A stretch of 64,000 nucleotides of DNA from Octopus sinensis (GCF_006345805.1 NC_043003.1:112592001-112656000), one strand, 5' to 3'. Shown: positions 13,431-26,454, counted from the first letter of the stretch. A program made the numbers and translations. Notes: generated by a model from the letters alone, not told the origin.

Positions 13431-13927
13431 GACATACAACAAAGTTCATGAAAGTTTACAACCTGTAAAATGCTGCTTTTCTAAAATGTTGTCAATGCAA
13501 AATGCAGGTCAAAGAATTTCAGAAGAAACAGGAATTTTGCAACATTTGAACTTCATATTCCGGTTCAGATCATTTTGAAACGATTTTCAACCCTATGCAG
13601 CTTCAACAATATATTTGACTGTGTGTGCTTCAGTGCGTTTGTGCGTGTGTATATACACTATAGTGTCTTAAAACACGTCTATGAGAAATACTTGCTAAAG
13701 ACGAATATGCAGTTTAGAAAGCTTTCAATAGTGTATACCCTCTGTGTATGTCTGTGTGTGCGCGCAAGTGTGCGTGTGCGTGCGTTTCAGTGTCTGTGCG
13801 TTTAGTATTGATAAAGCTGAAAGCACTGCAAAGATCCAACAAATGTAGTATGTGACTAAATGTGTGTCAATATAATGAAGAGATAGTATTTTACGAAACA
13901 ATTAGCAGCTGCTACTTTATCTAACAA

Positions 13928-14048
13928 GAACTTGTTCTTTGTAAGCCTACGAACCACTTAGTTACGGGGACGTAAACACGCCAACATCGGTTGTCAAGCA
14001 ATGGTGGGGAAACAAACACTGACACACAAGCACACTAATTACAATACA

Positions 14049-14117
<69 letters not shown>

Positions 14118-14278
14118 GATGGGCTACTTTCAGTTTTCCATCTAGCAAATCCACTCACAAGGCTTTGATCAGCTCGAGGCTATAGTTGAAGACACTTGCC
14201 CAAGGTGGCACGCAGTGGGGCTAAACCCAGAATAATGTTGGGAAGCAAGCTTCTTACCACACAGCCACTTTTGCACCT
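13928..14278 (-). mobile_element. SINE family A (OR-type), partial
   Basis: aagacacttgcccaaggtggcacgcagtggggctaaacccag..cttcttaccacacagccac is the reverse complement of the family A head; internal (TA)n present. Confidence 0.85.
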
Positions 14279-14403
14279 TTCCTCTGAAACCTGGAAGTAC
14301 TGAAGTACTAGGACAACCAGTGGCAACGGCGGAGCAAGCGCCTAATTCTTCGCCTCGTTCTAAAAATCAGTTTAATATCGATGGTCCTAAATAGGGACTC
14401 TAT

Positions 14404-14435
<32 letters not shown>

Positions 14436-14496
14436 GTGTATGTATGTATGAATGTATATATACGTATATACACACGCATTCATTTTCTCTATCTTC

Positions 14497-14619
<123 letters not shown>

Positions 14620-14712
14620 ATCCAAACAAGAAAACACACAAAAAAACACAGCAACGCGAGGACGTGGAACAAATAAAGTATTATTTGACGCTCAGGAAAG
14701 AAGGGAAGGAGG

Positions 14713-14747
14713 GTTTCACGTTTCGAGCGGAGCTCTTCGTCGGAAAC
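14713..14747 (-). ncRNA. Degenerate minimal hammerhead (U4C; G at cleavage position 17) in a PLE-LTR-like repeat
   Basis: Minus: gttt-CCGACGA-a-gagc tcc gctc-GAAA-cg-TG-aaac; palindromic stem III (ACGU). Confidence 0.6.
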
Positions 14748-14900
14748 AAAGGAGAAGGAAAGATCCCAAGGAGGGAAGACAGTGGAAAAAAATTGCTGGC
14801 GGTGCTCACGAGATATATATTAGTAAATGTAATGACAAGCAAATTAGGCAAGTCGATCTACACAGAGCACTGAATACATTTAATAGAAAATATATACATG

Positions 14901-15197
14901 TGTATGGATATAGAATAGTCTGACTTACAGAATATAAATGACATCAGGAATCAAATGGGTAGAGTTTTACGACTCCAACAGCTGTTTCTGGGGACTTGGT
15001 GGACCGAAATAATGATTCTACCTTTAAACTCCATCTTGTCAACACCTCAAATGCAATATCCTGCAATATAAAATTCTCCCCTGAAGACGGAGGCGGTGTT
15101 ATCCGATACTGGATCCAAGTAACTCTCATTATTCCGACCGCCATTAAATCGTGATATCATTTATATTCTGTAAGTCGGACTATTATATATCCATACA
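14901..15197. repeat. Foldback with 45-bp inverted arms (14901-14945 / 15153-15197)
   Basis: tgtatggatatagaatagtctgacttacagaatataaatgacatc versus gatatcatttatattctgtaagtcggactattatatatccataca; 3 mismatches. Confidence 0.9.
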
Positions 15198-15360
15198 AAG
15201 GTACATTTTTCTCTATTAAATGTATTTTAATATTCTGTGTAAATCGACGTAGCTTACTTGCTTGTCATTACATTTACTCATCTACCGGCTCAAGTTCAAA
15301 TCTCTTGAGCACTTCGAAGAGTGTTCTATATAGAGAACACCTGTGATTAACTTGTGTATA

Positions 15361-15398
<38 letters not shown>

Positions 15399-15474
15399 AA
15401 CGTGTGTGCGCGTGTGTGTGTGTGTGTGTATGTATGCATGTATTATGTATGTATGTATAAATCTTTCAGATATA

Positions 15475-15852
15475 GGCGTAGGAGTGGCTGCGTGGTAAGC
15501 AGCTTGCTTACCAACCACATGGTTCCGGGTTCAGTCCCACTGCATGGCGCCTTGTGCAAATGTTCTCCTCTATAGCCTTGGGCCGACCAAAGCCTTGTGA
15601 GTTGATTTGGTAGACGGAAACTGAAAGAAGCCCGTCGTATATATGTATATATATATATATGTTTGTCCCCCCAATATTACTTGACAACCGATGCTTGTGT
15701 GTTTACGCCCTCTTAACCTAGCGGTTCGGCAAAAGAGACCGATAGAATAAGTACTAGGCATACAAAGAATAAGTCCTGGGGGTCGATTTGGCCGACTAAA
15801 GGCGGTGCTCCAGCATGGTCGCAGTCTAATGACTGAAACAAGTAAAAGAGTA
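15475..15852 (+). mobile_element. Full-length SINE family A (OR-type, tRNA head, CORE-like box)
   Basis: ggcgtaggagtggctgcgtggtaag (A-box-like), ggttcagtccc (B-box-like), internal (TA)n, tail ggcggtgctccagcatgg..gactgaaacaagtaaaagag. Confidence 0.92.
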
Positions 15853-16169
15853 CAAAAAAACGAGAGTATACTATGAAGGGTCATTAAAGTCTATATTGTG
15901 ATACGTGAAGGCTACCATAGTCTGCGGTGGGAGGTGAACAAATTCTCTGGTAGATACAAATATCAAAAGATCAGAAGATAAACAACGATAAGCCATGTAT
16001 CGATGAACTTTCACTCCACCAAAATTATAAACTTTTGCTACTGTTTCTCTATTAGCTACAATAAAAATAACCTAACCTTACACAAAGAAACTTTTGAACT
16101 GAGTTTTATGGGCGTATGTATGTGAGTGTGTGTGTGTGCATGTACGCGTGTGTATGTATTGTGTGTGTG

Positions 16170-16201
<32 letters not shown>

Positions 16202-16423
16202 CATGTACGCGTGTGTATGTATTTCTGTGTGTGTGTGTGCACTCGTGAATATACACATATATATACGAGTGTGCGGTTTAGTGTGTATTCGTGTGTATCT
16301 AACTATATATATATATGCGTGCTTAAATATGTATGGTGCTGAAGTGATATATTCAATACACATTCCAGACACTGAAGTGCTTTTATATTAACATCTGCAT
16401 TTCACTACATTTTACTTGTGTGC

Positions 16424-16455
<32 letters not shown>

Positions 16456-16584
16456 AATTTATTATATATATATATTTATATATATATAATGTATATGTAG
16501 TATATATATATATATGTATATATATATGTATATATGTATATAAAATATGTATATATGTATATATATATATGTATATATAGATTA

Positions 16585-16620
<36 letters not shown>

Positions 16621-17626
16621 ATATATATATATATCTGTATGTATGATGTATATTGTATATAATACAGTGTGATATACGTATATAAATATATGTATATATG
16701 TATATATTATATATATATATATATACTATATATATATATATATATAATAATATATATATATGGTGTGTTGTGTGTGTGTGTCTGTGCGTGTGTATCTGTG
16801 AGTTTGTAATACACATATGCATAAATAAACAAATACACACACGTTGATATAGATATGAAGTTTTCTTCCTCATATATAATACATATTAATATGAGTGTTT
16901 TCGTTTGTGCATTCAAAGATATTTTACAATACCCTCTTGTATTCTTATATGTAACAATAGCAGATTCCAACCAAGCACAAATACAGACAGAAGCAAACAC
17001 ATTCACTGAGAATCTTACATACACTTATATATAAATCTATATGTATACATAGATACATACATACATTAATGCATACATACGTAGGTTTCCTTTTACAACG
17101 AAAAGTTTAAAGTTGAATGGAAAGTGTACATCACACATTACTTATTTTAAGCAGAGAATGTGAAATCGTATTTTGAAATTTCGAGGGAATTACATTGATC
17201 CTATGATAGACGGTTTAAATTGAAAAATTGAATTAATATCCATATGAATCATATTGAACTTTAGTTGTTGTTGAGAATTGATACGTTTACTGATATTTTA
17301 AAGAATAATCGGTTGGTTGTTTTTAGATTACAGACAGAGATACCGAATTGAAAGTGAAACTGAGATATGAATGCACATAAAGACGAATATATGCGAAGCT
17401 AGGTAAGCGGATGCATAGATAATATAATTTGAGAATAGGTCATCTGAATACAAGAGGCAAGTTTAAATAACTATTTAAAGAATGAGAGTAGCATACAAGA
17501 TGTCTTATGAACTTATGTATTCGTGTGTGCGTATATAAATCACGTGTGTACGTGTGTATGATGTGTGTGTGTGTGTGTCCATGTGTGTTTGTATGTGTTT
17601 GTGTGTGTGTGTCCGTGTGTGTTTGT

Positions 17627-17658
<32 letters not shown>

Positions 17659-17728
17659 TGTGTGTGTGTGGTGTGTAATGGACCATGGTACAGAACTGGT
17701 ACTAGGAAAACTTATAGAAATATGCTTG

Positions 17729-18149
17729 GATCTTTTCGGTTTGTACGCCAGTTTTTCTAGCGGTGTCATATGAAATTGTCACCCATAATTATGACCCTAG
17801 TATCGTTCTATTGCATTTCAATCTCTTCTAGGGTTAGGGTTAGTTAGGGTTAGGGGTGGTGGGAAGGGTATCTTTCTTTCTTCGCAAATGTAAATAAACC
17901 CAATTTGTTTCTTAAACGAGGGACATATTCATACGGCACAGAATGTTGTTTACCTCAATGGACGTCATTGATTGGTTGAAATTTCAGAAATTGAAGAAAA
18001 AACAACAAATATCTTACAAACTATAGAATTTTCTCAACAAAGCCAAGAGAAAAAGACGTTTCATAAACACATTCTACCAGTATACGAAGTTTTAAATGTT
18101 TTAGATACCTAGAAATTATGTTAAAACAGCCGTTCAAACCGAAAAGATC
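17729..18149. mobile_element. Non-autonomous TIR element (~420 bp) with a 9-bp TSD and internal TTAGGG-like repeats
   Basis: Perfect 15-bp TIRs gatcttttcggtttg / caaaccgaaaagatc, extending imperfectly to about 28 bp. aatatgctt at 17719-17727 and 18150-18158 (one extra g on the left). tagggttagggttagttagggttagggg at about 17829-17856. Confidence 0.85.
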
Positions 18150-18812
18150 AATATGCTTTAAATGTTGAGAACATAGTTTTTTTATTGATTTAGCTATTAA
18201 AATAAAACTTTAGCAAGGCAGGCGATAAAATTGGACAAAATAAATAAGGTGATGCTAATAAATAAAAATAAAGGCAAGATATTGTATTACTTTACATTGG
18301 TTGTTTAATGTTTCTATCATATTTCGGAAAATATTTCCCTTTATGAAATATAATATAGAAAATAATCTAAGAATTCAAATAAAATGTGTTGCTTTCCGAA
18401 GGTCATTATGGTGTGCTGATTGTTTTATATATTGTTAAAAAAGGTACAAGATGCATTAGGGTACGAATAATTCTAAATAAGCTAGAATATATCATGGCCA
18501 TATTTTCGTGATATTTACAGCTGTTGGTAGAGCTGATTTGGAGTTCTTCTTACTATGCAGCAAGATATAGGAAATACGTCCATGCTGTCTGTCTTGACAT
18601 ATAAGTCTTGCACAAAACTATTATTCGTGTTCTGTTTGTTACACTTGGCATTAGATTTCTACTGATACGATGCTGAATAATAAAACATCTAATGTATAAA
18701 CCAACATGGTTAATGAATTAGCTAGATATAGCAGTTCAATACCCTTCATATAATAACTTACCACTGTGGTTTCTCTCAAACTTTGTGTAGCAAAAGATAT
18801 CTAGATGCGATG

Positions 18813-19195
18813 GTGGAGACGCAATGGCCCAGTGGTTAGGGCAGCGGACTTGCGGTCGTAGGATCGCGGTTTCGATTCCCAGACCGGGCGTTGTGTTTAT
18901 TGAGCGAAAACACCTAAAGCTCCATGAGGCTCCGGCAGGGGATGGTGGTGATCCCTGCTGTACTCTTTCACCACAACTTTCTCTCACTCTTTCTTCCTGT
19001 TTCTGTTGTACCTGTATTTCAAAGGGCCGGCTTTGTCACTCTCTGTGTCACACTGAATATCCCCGAGAACTACGTTAAGGGTACACGTGTCTGTGGAGTG
19101 CTCAGTCACTTACACGTTAATTTCACGAGCAGGCTGTTCCGTTGGTCGGATCAACCGGAATCCTCATCGTCGTAACCGACGGAGTGCTTCTATCC
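18813..19195 (+). mobile_element. Full-length SINE, head C + tail T1, with a 14-bp TSD
   Basis: tRNA-like head ggagacgcaatggcccagtggttagggcagcgg..ggtttcgattccc; tail ..gtaaccgacggagtgc; TSD atctagatgcgatg at 18799-18812 and 19196-19209. Confidence 0.95.
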
Positions 19196-19369
19196 ATCTA
19201 GATGCGATGCGGAATGCTAGGATTCTAATTTAATGCTTTAGAACAGCCATACTAATGCTTGAGTGTTTTTCCAAATATTTTGTTCCTCAGAGCTAGATGA
19301 TCTCATATCTCTATCACTTAGGCATCCTCGACCTACTTTTCTCTATAACTCTTTACCAACCCGGCTCCG

Positions 19370-19489
19370 CACCATACAATATGCCTAGTGCTTCCTTCCC
19401 AGTGCATTGTTCCTTTGAAATCTCCTCATTGTGCATGACTTTCCAACTCGAAGCAGTTTAAACGGAAGGTGAACGACGTCAACCTCACT
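19370..19489 (+). mobile_element. CR1/L2-like LINE 3'-end remnant
   Basis: cctagtgcttccttccc..acgtcaacctcact also occurs at 43857-43995 (-) and 52896-53010 (-); translation SNSKQFKRKVNDVNL resembles CR1/L2 C-termini. Confidence 0.35.
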
Positions 19490-21155
19490 AGTAAAGGAGG
19501 GTCTGCAAAATTCATAGCTTCTGTCTTATTCTTTAAACTCAAAAACTCAAAATTTCATCAATCTGATTACTAAATCACTCTAATTATGATCAGTATCATT
19601 TAGTAATCCCATTAAATATAACCCAAGCAGCATTTTTTGTAATTTTGAATTTTGAAGTATAAGTATAGCTGCCCGTAACTGCTTTTATTTGATTCCACGT
19701 ATACCACCACGTCAAAATGATTATAAAACACTACCTATAAGCCCGAAAATAGGAAAGGACGCGTTGCATAATGAAGTTTTAGAAATATTCTTCATTTGAA
19801 TAGACACGAATGGAACACTTTTGAACCAAGTAACCTTGGGCTAATCAACAACAAAACCAAGCATAAATTCTTATGTAGTATCAAGGTACTTCAGTGTATC
19901 ACCTTACACAGTAAACATATACAACCACCGTTGATAAAACAAGAAGACTAGGGGAAGCCCTCACAGCTCGGCTGGGTAATAATTACATCGTTTCCCATTC
20001 TGTATCAAGCGATAAACTGTCATCGTTTGTTCATATTACAGTGAAATGATAAGGAGTTCCATTTCGAGAGAGGATCCAATGATCAAGATACACCATCTGT
20101 CCATGATAGTAGCATTGCTGAGGCTTGAGATTATGCTGTTAGAAAGTCTTATTAACTGACAGAAATTTATTTATTTGGCAACTAATTTTGAGAGATAATG
20201 TCCCCAGCCTGGCATTTAGTCTCCCAACAAATCATAAGATGGACTGTGTGGTGCTGCTACATTCAGGAAGCGTCTACATAGTCTGTAGGCCTTTTACAAT
20301 ATATCGTCTTTATGTAAGAAGATTTTAGTCAGGCAATTTAGCTGTGGATCCACTGAACCAACACTCAAAATGTGATCATTAGTTTGTTCGACCCGTGGCT
20401 AATGAAATAATTACAAAGTACCAACTGTCAGAAGAGTTTAAAATGAAAAACACTCCATTCCACATAATGCTATGGAATTTCTATGGAACTCATTAAATCA
20501 CGTGGCACAGTGAGAAGAGCGGATTGGAGAGCTGTAAACATCACGAAACAGCTGTAAACATCACGAAAATCTGGGCATGATATATTCTAGCTTATTTAGA
20601 ATCATTCATACCCTAATGCATCTTGTACCTTTTTTAACAATATATAAAATCAATATATGTGCATATATACACGACATACATACCTAGATTATGAATTTAT
20701 GTATGTATAACTGCGTGGATAAACGCTGTCAAGATGACTATCTTGCTCATTGATGAGGAAGTCAATTAAAATTTTACCTTTCTGTCTCCCTTTTAATTTT
20801 CAATTGATTATCCCAAATATTTGAAGACATCCACGGATTTAGAATATAAACACTTTGATGATATATTGTGTCTTTTGTTTGATTGGAAATCATAAATTTT
20901 TTCATCGTCGTTGACGTGCAAGTTCGGGTGGAGCGTGAGAGGAAATAAGAAACAATGTAAAAATAAGATACAGCTGGCGCACACCTACCACCGATGCACT
21001 GAGAAATTCAGTTACAGTTGGTTTTGAAAATTGCTTCGAAGCATATCAAATGGGAAACAATAACATCGTAAATGCACGTGTAAATGCAATAGAAACAAAT
21101 ATTCCGAAAGTATAAATACACATATATATAAGTAGATATATATATATATATATAT

Positions 21156-21515
21156 ATGGAGACAGAGAGAGAGAGAGATAAACAGACAGAGATAGAGAAA
21201 GAGAGAGGAGGAGGAGAAGAAGAAGAAGAAGAAGAAGGGGAGGAGAAGGAGGAGAAGACGATGAAGAGGAAGAAGAAGAAAAAGAAGAAGAAGAAGAAGG
21301 AAGAAGAAGAAGAGAAGAGAAGAGAAGAAGAGAAGAAGAAGAAGAAGAAAATAAAGAGAAGAAGAAGAAGAAAAGAAGAGAAGAAGAAGAAAGAAGAAGA
21401 AGAAGAAGAAGAGCGAAGAAGAAGAAAGAAGAAGAAAGAAAGAAGAGAAGAAGAAGAAGAAAGAAGAAGAAGAAGAAGAAGAAAGAAAGAAAGAGAAGAA
21501 GAAGAAGATGAAGAA
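21156..21515. repeat. ~360-bp polypurine (GAA/AAG)-rich tract
   Basis: Almost exclusively A/G on the plus strand. Confidence 0.95.
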
Positions 21516-22089
21516 TTTCTTGGAGCATCGGATAGATTGTGTTATATATTTTTCTGATACGACTTCCTGCCCTTCGAGTTCGAATTTCTCCGAGATACAT
21601 TTTGCGCTTCATTCTTCGACTGTCGATAAATAAACATGTTAAGTAGAGAACTCGATACTTCTAAAAAAATCACTATATACCAAAATACCTGAATAAATAG
21701 CTAGTAAATATATTACTTTAGTATAAAAGTAGTTACTATTTATATTCACGCAAACGAGTAAACATTTTGAAAATTTTCATATATAGAATTCCATTTTTTT
21801 TAATAATTATATTTATTTTGAGTGATTAATAAACTGTAAGTATTTAAATATTGCAAAAGAAGGAAGACAATAAACATAACTAGTATGAAATGAACTATTC
21901 CACAAAACCGAGTCTGTTATTAATAGATTAAATTTCAAACGCGTAGCTCCATCTTTCACTCGTACCTGCAACCAGAATAACTACGCATTACTGAAATTGG
22001 TTAGAATTTATTTAAAGCCACCAATCTAGTTACTTATAACTCAGTGTAAACAAAAGTAATCAATAAATACATACATACACACTCTGACA

Positions 22090-22310
22090 TCTATATATAT
22101 ATATTATATATTATATATATATATATACATACATAATAACATATATATATATATATATTACATACATATACACATACATATCATACATATACATATACAT
22201 ACATATATATATACATGTATATATATACATATATAGTCATACATATATATATACATATATATACATATATATATATACATATATATATATACATATATAT
22301 ATATACATAT

Positions 22311-22354
<44 letters not shown>

Positions 22355-22397
22355 TATATATATATATATATATACACTATATATATATATATAATAT

Positions 22398-22437
<40 letters not shown>

Positions 22438-22455
22438 TGTGTGTGTGTGTGTGTT
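22090..22455. repeat. (TA)n/(TACA)n/(TG)n compound microsatellite
   Basis: Direct reading. Confidence 0.95.
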
Positions 22456-22837
22456 ATGTGTGTTGAGTATGTATGTATATATGCATACAGAAACAAACGT
22501 TTATATATATATATATATATATATAAACGTTAGAAATACCTTAGTTATATAAAAATATAATGATAACTTTAACTGTATACAAGTTATAACTTAAATGCAT
22601 TACTATAAAAGATTCTACTTAAATTAAAAGTAAATATTTCATATTTTTTTTTTTTAAATTGTGATTGAAAAAATAAAAGATTTAATAAATCATTTGATGT
22701 TCAAAGCCTCAAAATCGTTCAGCAAATTATTTTCTGTATCTCTATGTTTGCATAATGACATGGCTAGTAACTACTTCATACTGTAAAACTTTATCACCAC
22801 AGACATAAGAGCTAACAAGCGGATGTATATATGTACG

Positions 22838-22891
<54 letters not shown>

Positions 22892-23883
22892 GTGTGTGTG
22901 TGTGCGCGCGTCCGCGTGTGTGTGCTTATGTGTGTGTGTGTGCGCGTGAGTCTGTATGTGTATTTAAGTATGTATATACATTTGCCAACACATACATATA
23001 AATACCGATATATATGTATGTAGATATATGTGTGCATAGAAATATGTATATATGTGTATACACGCACACACACACGCACGCACGCACACATATGTATATA
23101 TATATATACGCGCGCACACACACATATTTATATACATATATATATATACACACACATATAAATTTGTATGTGTATATATCTATGGGAAGTGAACAGAATA
23201 AGAAGGAAACATAAACATGAATATAGATATTGTTATATAATGACACAAACACATAAATTCATACATACATACATACATATATATATATATATAATGTATA
23301 TATATATATATGTGCGTGTGTGTGTGTGAGAGAGAGAGAGAGAGAATTAAGCCTTCATACAGGCAAACACGTATGAACTCATGTTTTGATGAGTATATTT
23401 GCATACCAACATATATGCGCCAATTCAGGCGTGTACCGTTTATGTAAGTATATGTATATATGCATAGTATATGTGCATATACACACGACATACATACCTA
23501 GATTATGAATTTATGTATGTATGTATACACGTGTATATATATTGAAAGATTCAATCAATAAATGAATAAATAACTTGATTATATAATTTTACATAGCAAA
23601 TTTTAATAATGTATATTCTGTGATTGCATTGAAAATGTATTCTATTACCTCCGTATACCGGCATAAGTGTACATATAAGTACGTGTATTACATATGTATG
23701 CATCCACACACACACACACACAGACGTATATATATAATATATATATGTATTTTTGTGTGTGTGTATGTGTGTGTATATAAATATAAGTATGTATATATAT
23801 TCCTATATATATATTTATATATATATATATATATATATATGTGTATATATATGTGTGTGTGTGTGTACATAAATATAAGTATG

Positions 23884-23927
<44 letters not shown>

Positions 23928-24335
23928 GTGTGTGTACTTAAATATAAGTATTTATATATATTCCTATATATATATTTATATATATTTATGTATACGCGTA
24001 GTTATACAGACCTACATACTGACAGACAGATGGACGAACAGAGAGACAGGCAGACAGACACAGACAGATAGGAATTTACTATGTTCGTACATATACACAT
24101 ACATATGTATACACACATGTATATATATATTTATGCGTGTACTTATGTGAGATGGAGTGAGAGTATATATGCATAGACGTACATGTAGACATACAAACTA
24201 ACATTTAATGATCCAATCCACAAAGTTATAATATCATTACCTACATCACAGTCTGAATTTAAATTACATATTATGTGATTATATTCATTATTATACTATA
24301 TAAATGGTTATACAATGACACATGTTGTTTATATA

Positions 24336-24506
24336 GGCGCAGGAGTGGCTGTGTGGTAAGTAGCTTGCTAACCAACCATATGGTTCCGGGTTCAGTACCA
24401 CTGCGTGGCATCTTGGGTAAGTGTCTTCTGTTATAGCCCCGGGCCGACCAATGCTTTGTGAGTGGATTTGGTAGACGGAAACTGAAAGAAGCCTGTCGTA
24501 TATATG

Positions 24507-24537
<31 letters not shown>

Positions 24538-24758
24538 GTTTGTGTGTCTGTGTTTGTCCCCCTAGCATTGGTTGACAACCGATGCTGGTGTGTTTACGTT
24601 CCTGTCACTTAGCGGTTCGGCAAAAGAGATCGATAGAATAAGTACTGGGCTTACAAAAAATAAGTCCCGGGGTCGATTTGCTCGACTAAAAGGTGATGTT
24701 CCAGCATTGCCGCAGTGAAATGACTGAAACATGTAAAAGAGTAAAAGAATAAAAGAGA
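24336..24758 (+). mobile_element. Full-length SINE family A (OR-type)
   Basis: ggcgcaggagtggctgtgtggtaag head, internal (TA)/(TG) repeat, tail ending in gtaaaaga repeats. Confidence 0.93.
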
Positions 24759-25147
24759 TATGTTGATACGTGAGTACATACATAACTACAGAGATTGCTG
24801 AACGTGTGAGTATGTGTACTCCTGCGCGTCGTATGTGTGTCTGTACGTGTGTGTTCCTGTGCGAGTTAATATTTTGAAGAAACTTTAAGAATAACGATGG
24901 TGTATTTACTGGTTGTGTGGCTCAGTGAAGAGAGAGAGTAAAGTCAAATTTATCCTAAAGTTAATGGTGGCACAAAATTAAGGTTTCGCCTGACACTAAT
25001 ATAATAACCCATTACTCGAATAAGCCGATAGGCGAAACTTAAAGTCATATTGAACCTGAATATATACAATGTATATATATCGTCAACAATTCATATATCC
25101 GAAAAAGAAATACACTCTAAAACATTAGAGGAATAATATATTTGTAG

Positions 25148-25358
25148 GAAGTTGATTCTTATGGCCTGTGAGAGAGTGACCATTGGCTGCGCACTTACAG
25201 AGCACTTAGCCGTATAGGTGACTCGCCTATTCAAATCGCCGTAGGCCATTAAGTTATGTGCCTACAGCCATTTGAATCTTTAGAGTCGTCTATACGGCTA
25301 AGTGCATTATAGTGCGAAATCAATGGACACTCGCTGAAGGGCCATAACAATGAAGTTC
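25148..25358. mobile_element. ~210-bp imperfect palindrome (MITE-like foldback)
   Basis: Nested complementary blocks: ttatggcc/ggccataa, gagtgaccattg/caatggacactc, cgcact/agtgcg, gcacttagccgtatag/ctatacggctaagtgc (16 bp perfect), gactc/gagtc, attcaaat/atttgaat, gtaggc/gcctac. Confidence 0.8.
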
Positions 25359-25885
25359 TATATATATATTAGAATATATATATATATATATATATATAAT
25401 AACAATATAGGCCGCTGGTGGCAAAAAAATTCTACAAAATTTTTTTGCCACCCTATATTGATTAATTATGAATTTTCTGGTTAATTCCGTAATGGAATCG
25501 ATGGCTTATATTTATTTGCTGCGATAAATTTGGCGGCGAGTGCGATGATTTGAAAATTTTAGGTCAGATATTACCTTGGCAGGGTAGGGGAGATGCCTCG
25601 TGAAAATATCTGTTCCGACTTGTGGCTATTTCTTACTGAAGAATCTGAGGGCCTATGGAAGATTGGCTTGATTTCATTTAATCAGGTTAGTTTACCATTA
25701 AACAGCAGACGAAACGGTGCATCGTATAAGAAATTACAGGGTAAATGTTTTTTAAATTTTCTCCTGGTTTACGGAATTGATTTTTATTTGCGGTGAAGCT
25801 TTGGCTGTTATTCTAGTGGGTGAATGGCCTATTATGGCCGTTCCTTGATTGTTGATGATATATAATATATATATATATATATAAT

Positions 25886-25945
<60 letters not shown>

Positions 25946-26454
25946 TACATATATATTTACTTTTTACTTTTATTATCCTTGTTTTTACTTTTATTACTCT
26001 TGTTTTTACTTCTATTACTTTTATTTCTTATTTAACTTTTTACTTTTATTTTTTAACTTGTATGTTTTCTTTCTATCTTATACACGCAAATTAAAAATAA
26101 ACAGTATGGGCCAGAGTTTTGAAATCCAACGAACATTTATACAAATATACCTTTTCAAAGAGATATGATAAAGCTATTATAATGGGTAATACTATGTGTA
26201 CTTTTCATTTCGTGATGTAATCTTTTGACTAAGAACGTTTGCGGCTGAAGAGGGCTTTAAACCCTATTTTATATTAATAATATACCTATGCCGATGTAAC
26301 AACATATTGTTTATAAAGCTTGAAACACATGTACCGCAATATCCTCTGTGTTCTGTTTTCAATTTATTATTGATATATTCTCTCACATCTGCCACTATCT
26401 GTCATATACAGGGACTTACACTTATCAAGTTTCCCTCTAAACTTACGTACTATA

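Larger units (their letters stand above)
18419..20654. mobile_element. ~2.2-kb segment bounded by ~107-bp inverted repeats (18419-18525 / 20547-20654)
   Basis: ttttatatattgttaaaaaaggtacaagatgcattagggta..aataagctagaatatatcatg..ttttcgtgat.tttacagctgtt reappears as a reverse complement with few mismatches. No transposase recognised inside. Confidence 0.75.

Noticed and set aside
18813-18890. tRNA-like sequences at SINE 5' ends (also 15475, 44144, 46681, 62800)
   Set aside because: They continue into SINE bodies, often have TSDs, and lack a complete acceptor stem; they are SINE heads, not tRNA genes.
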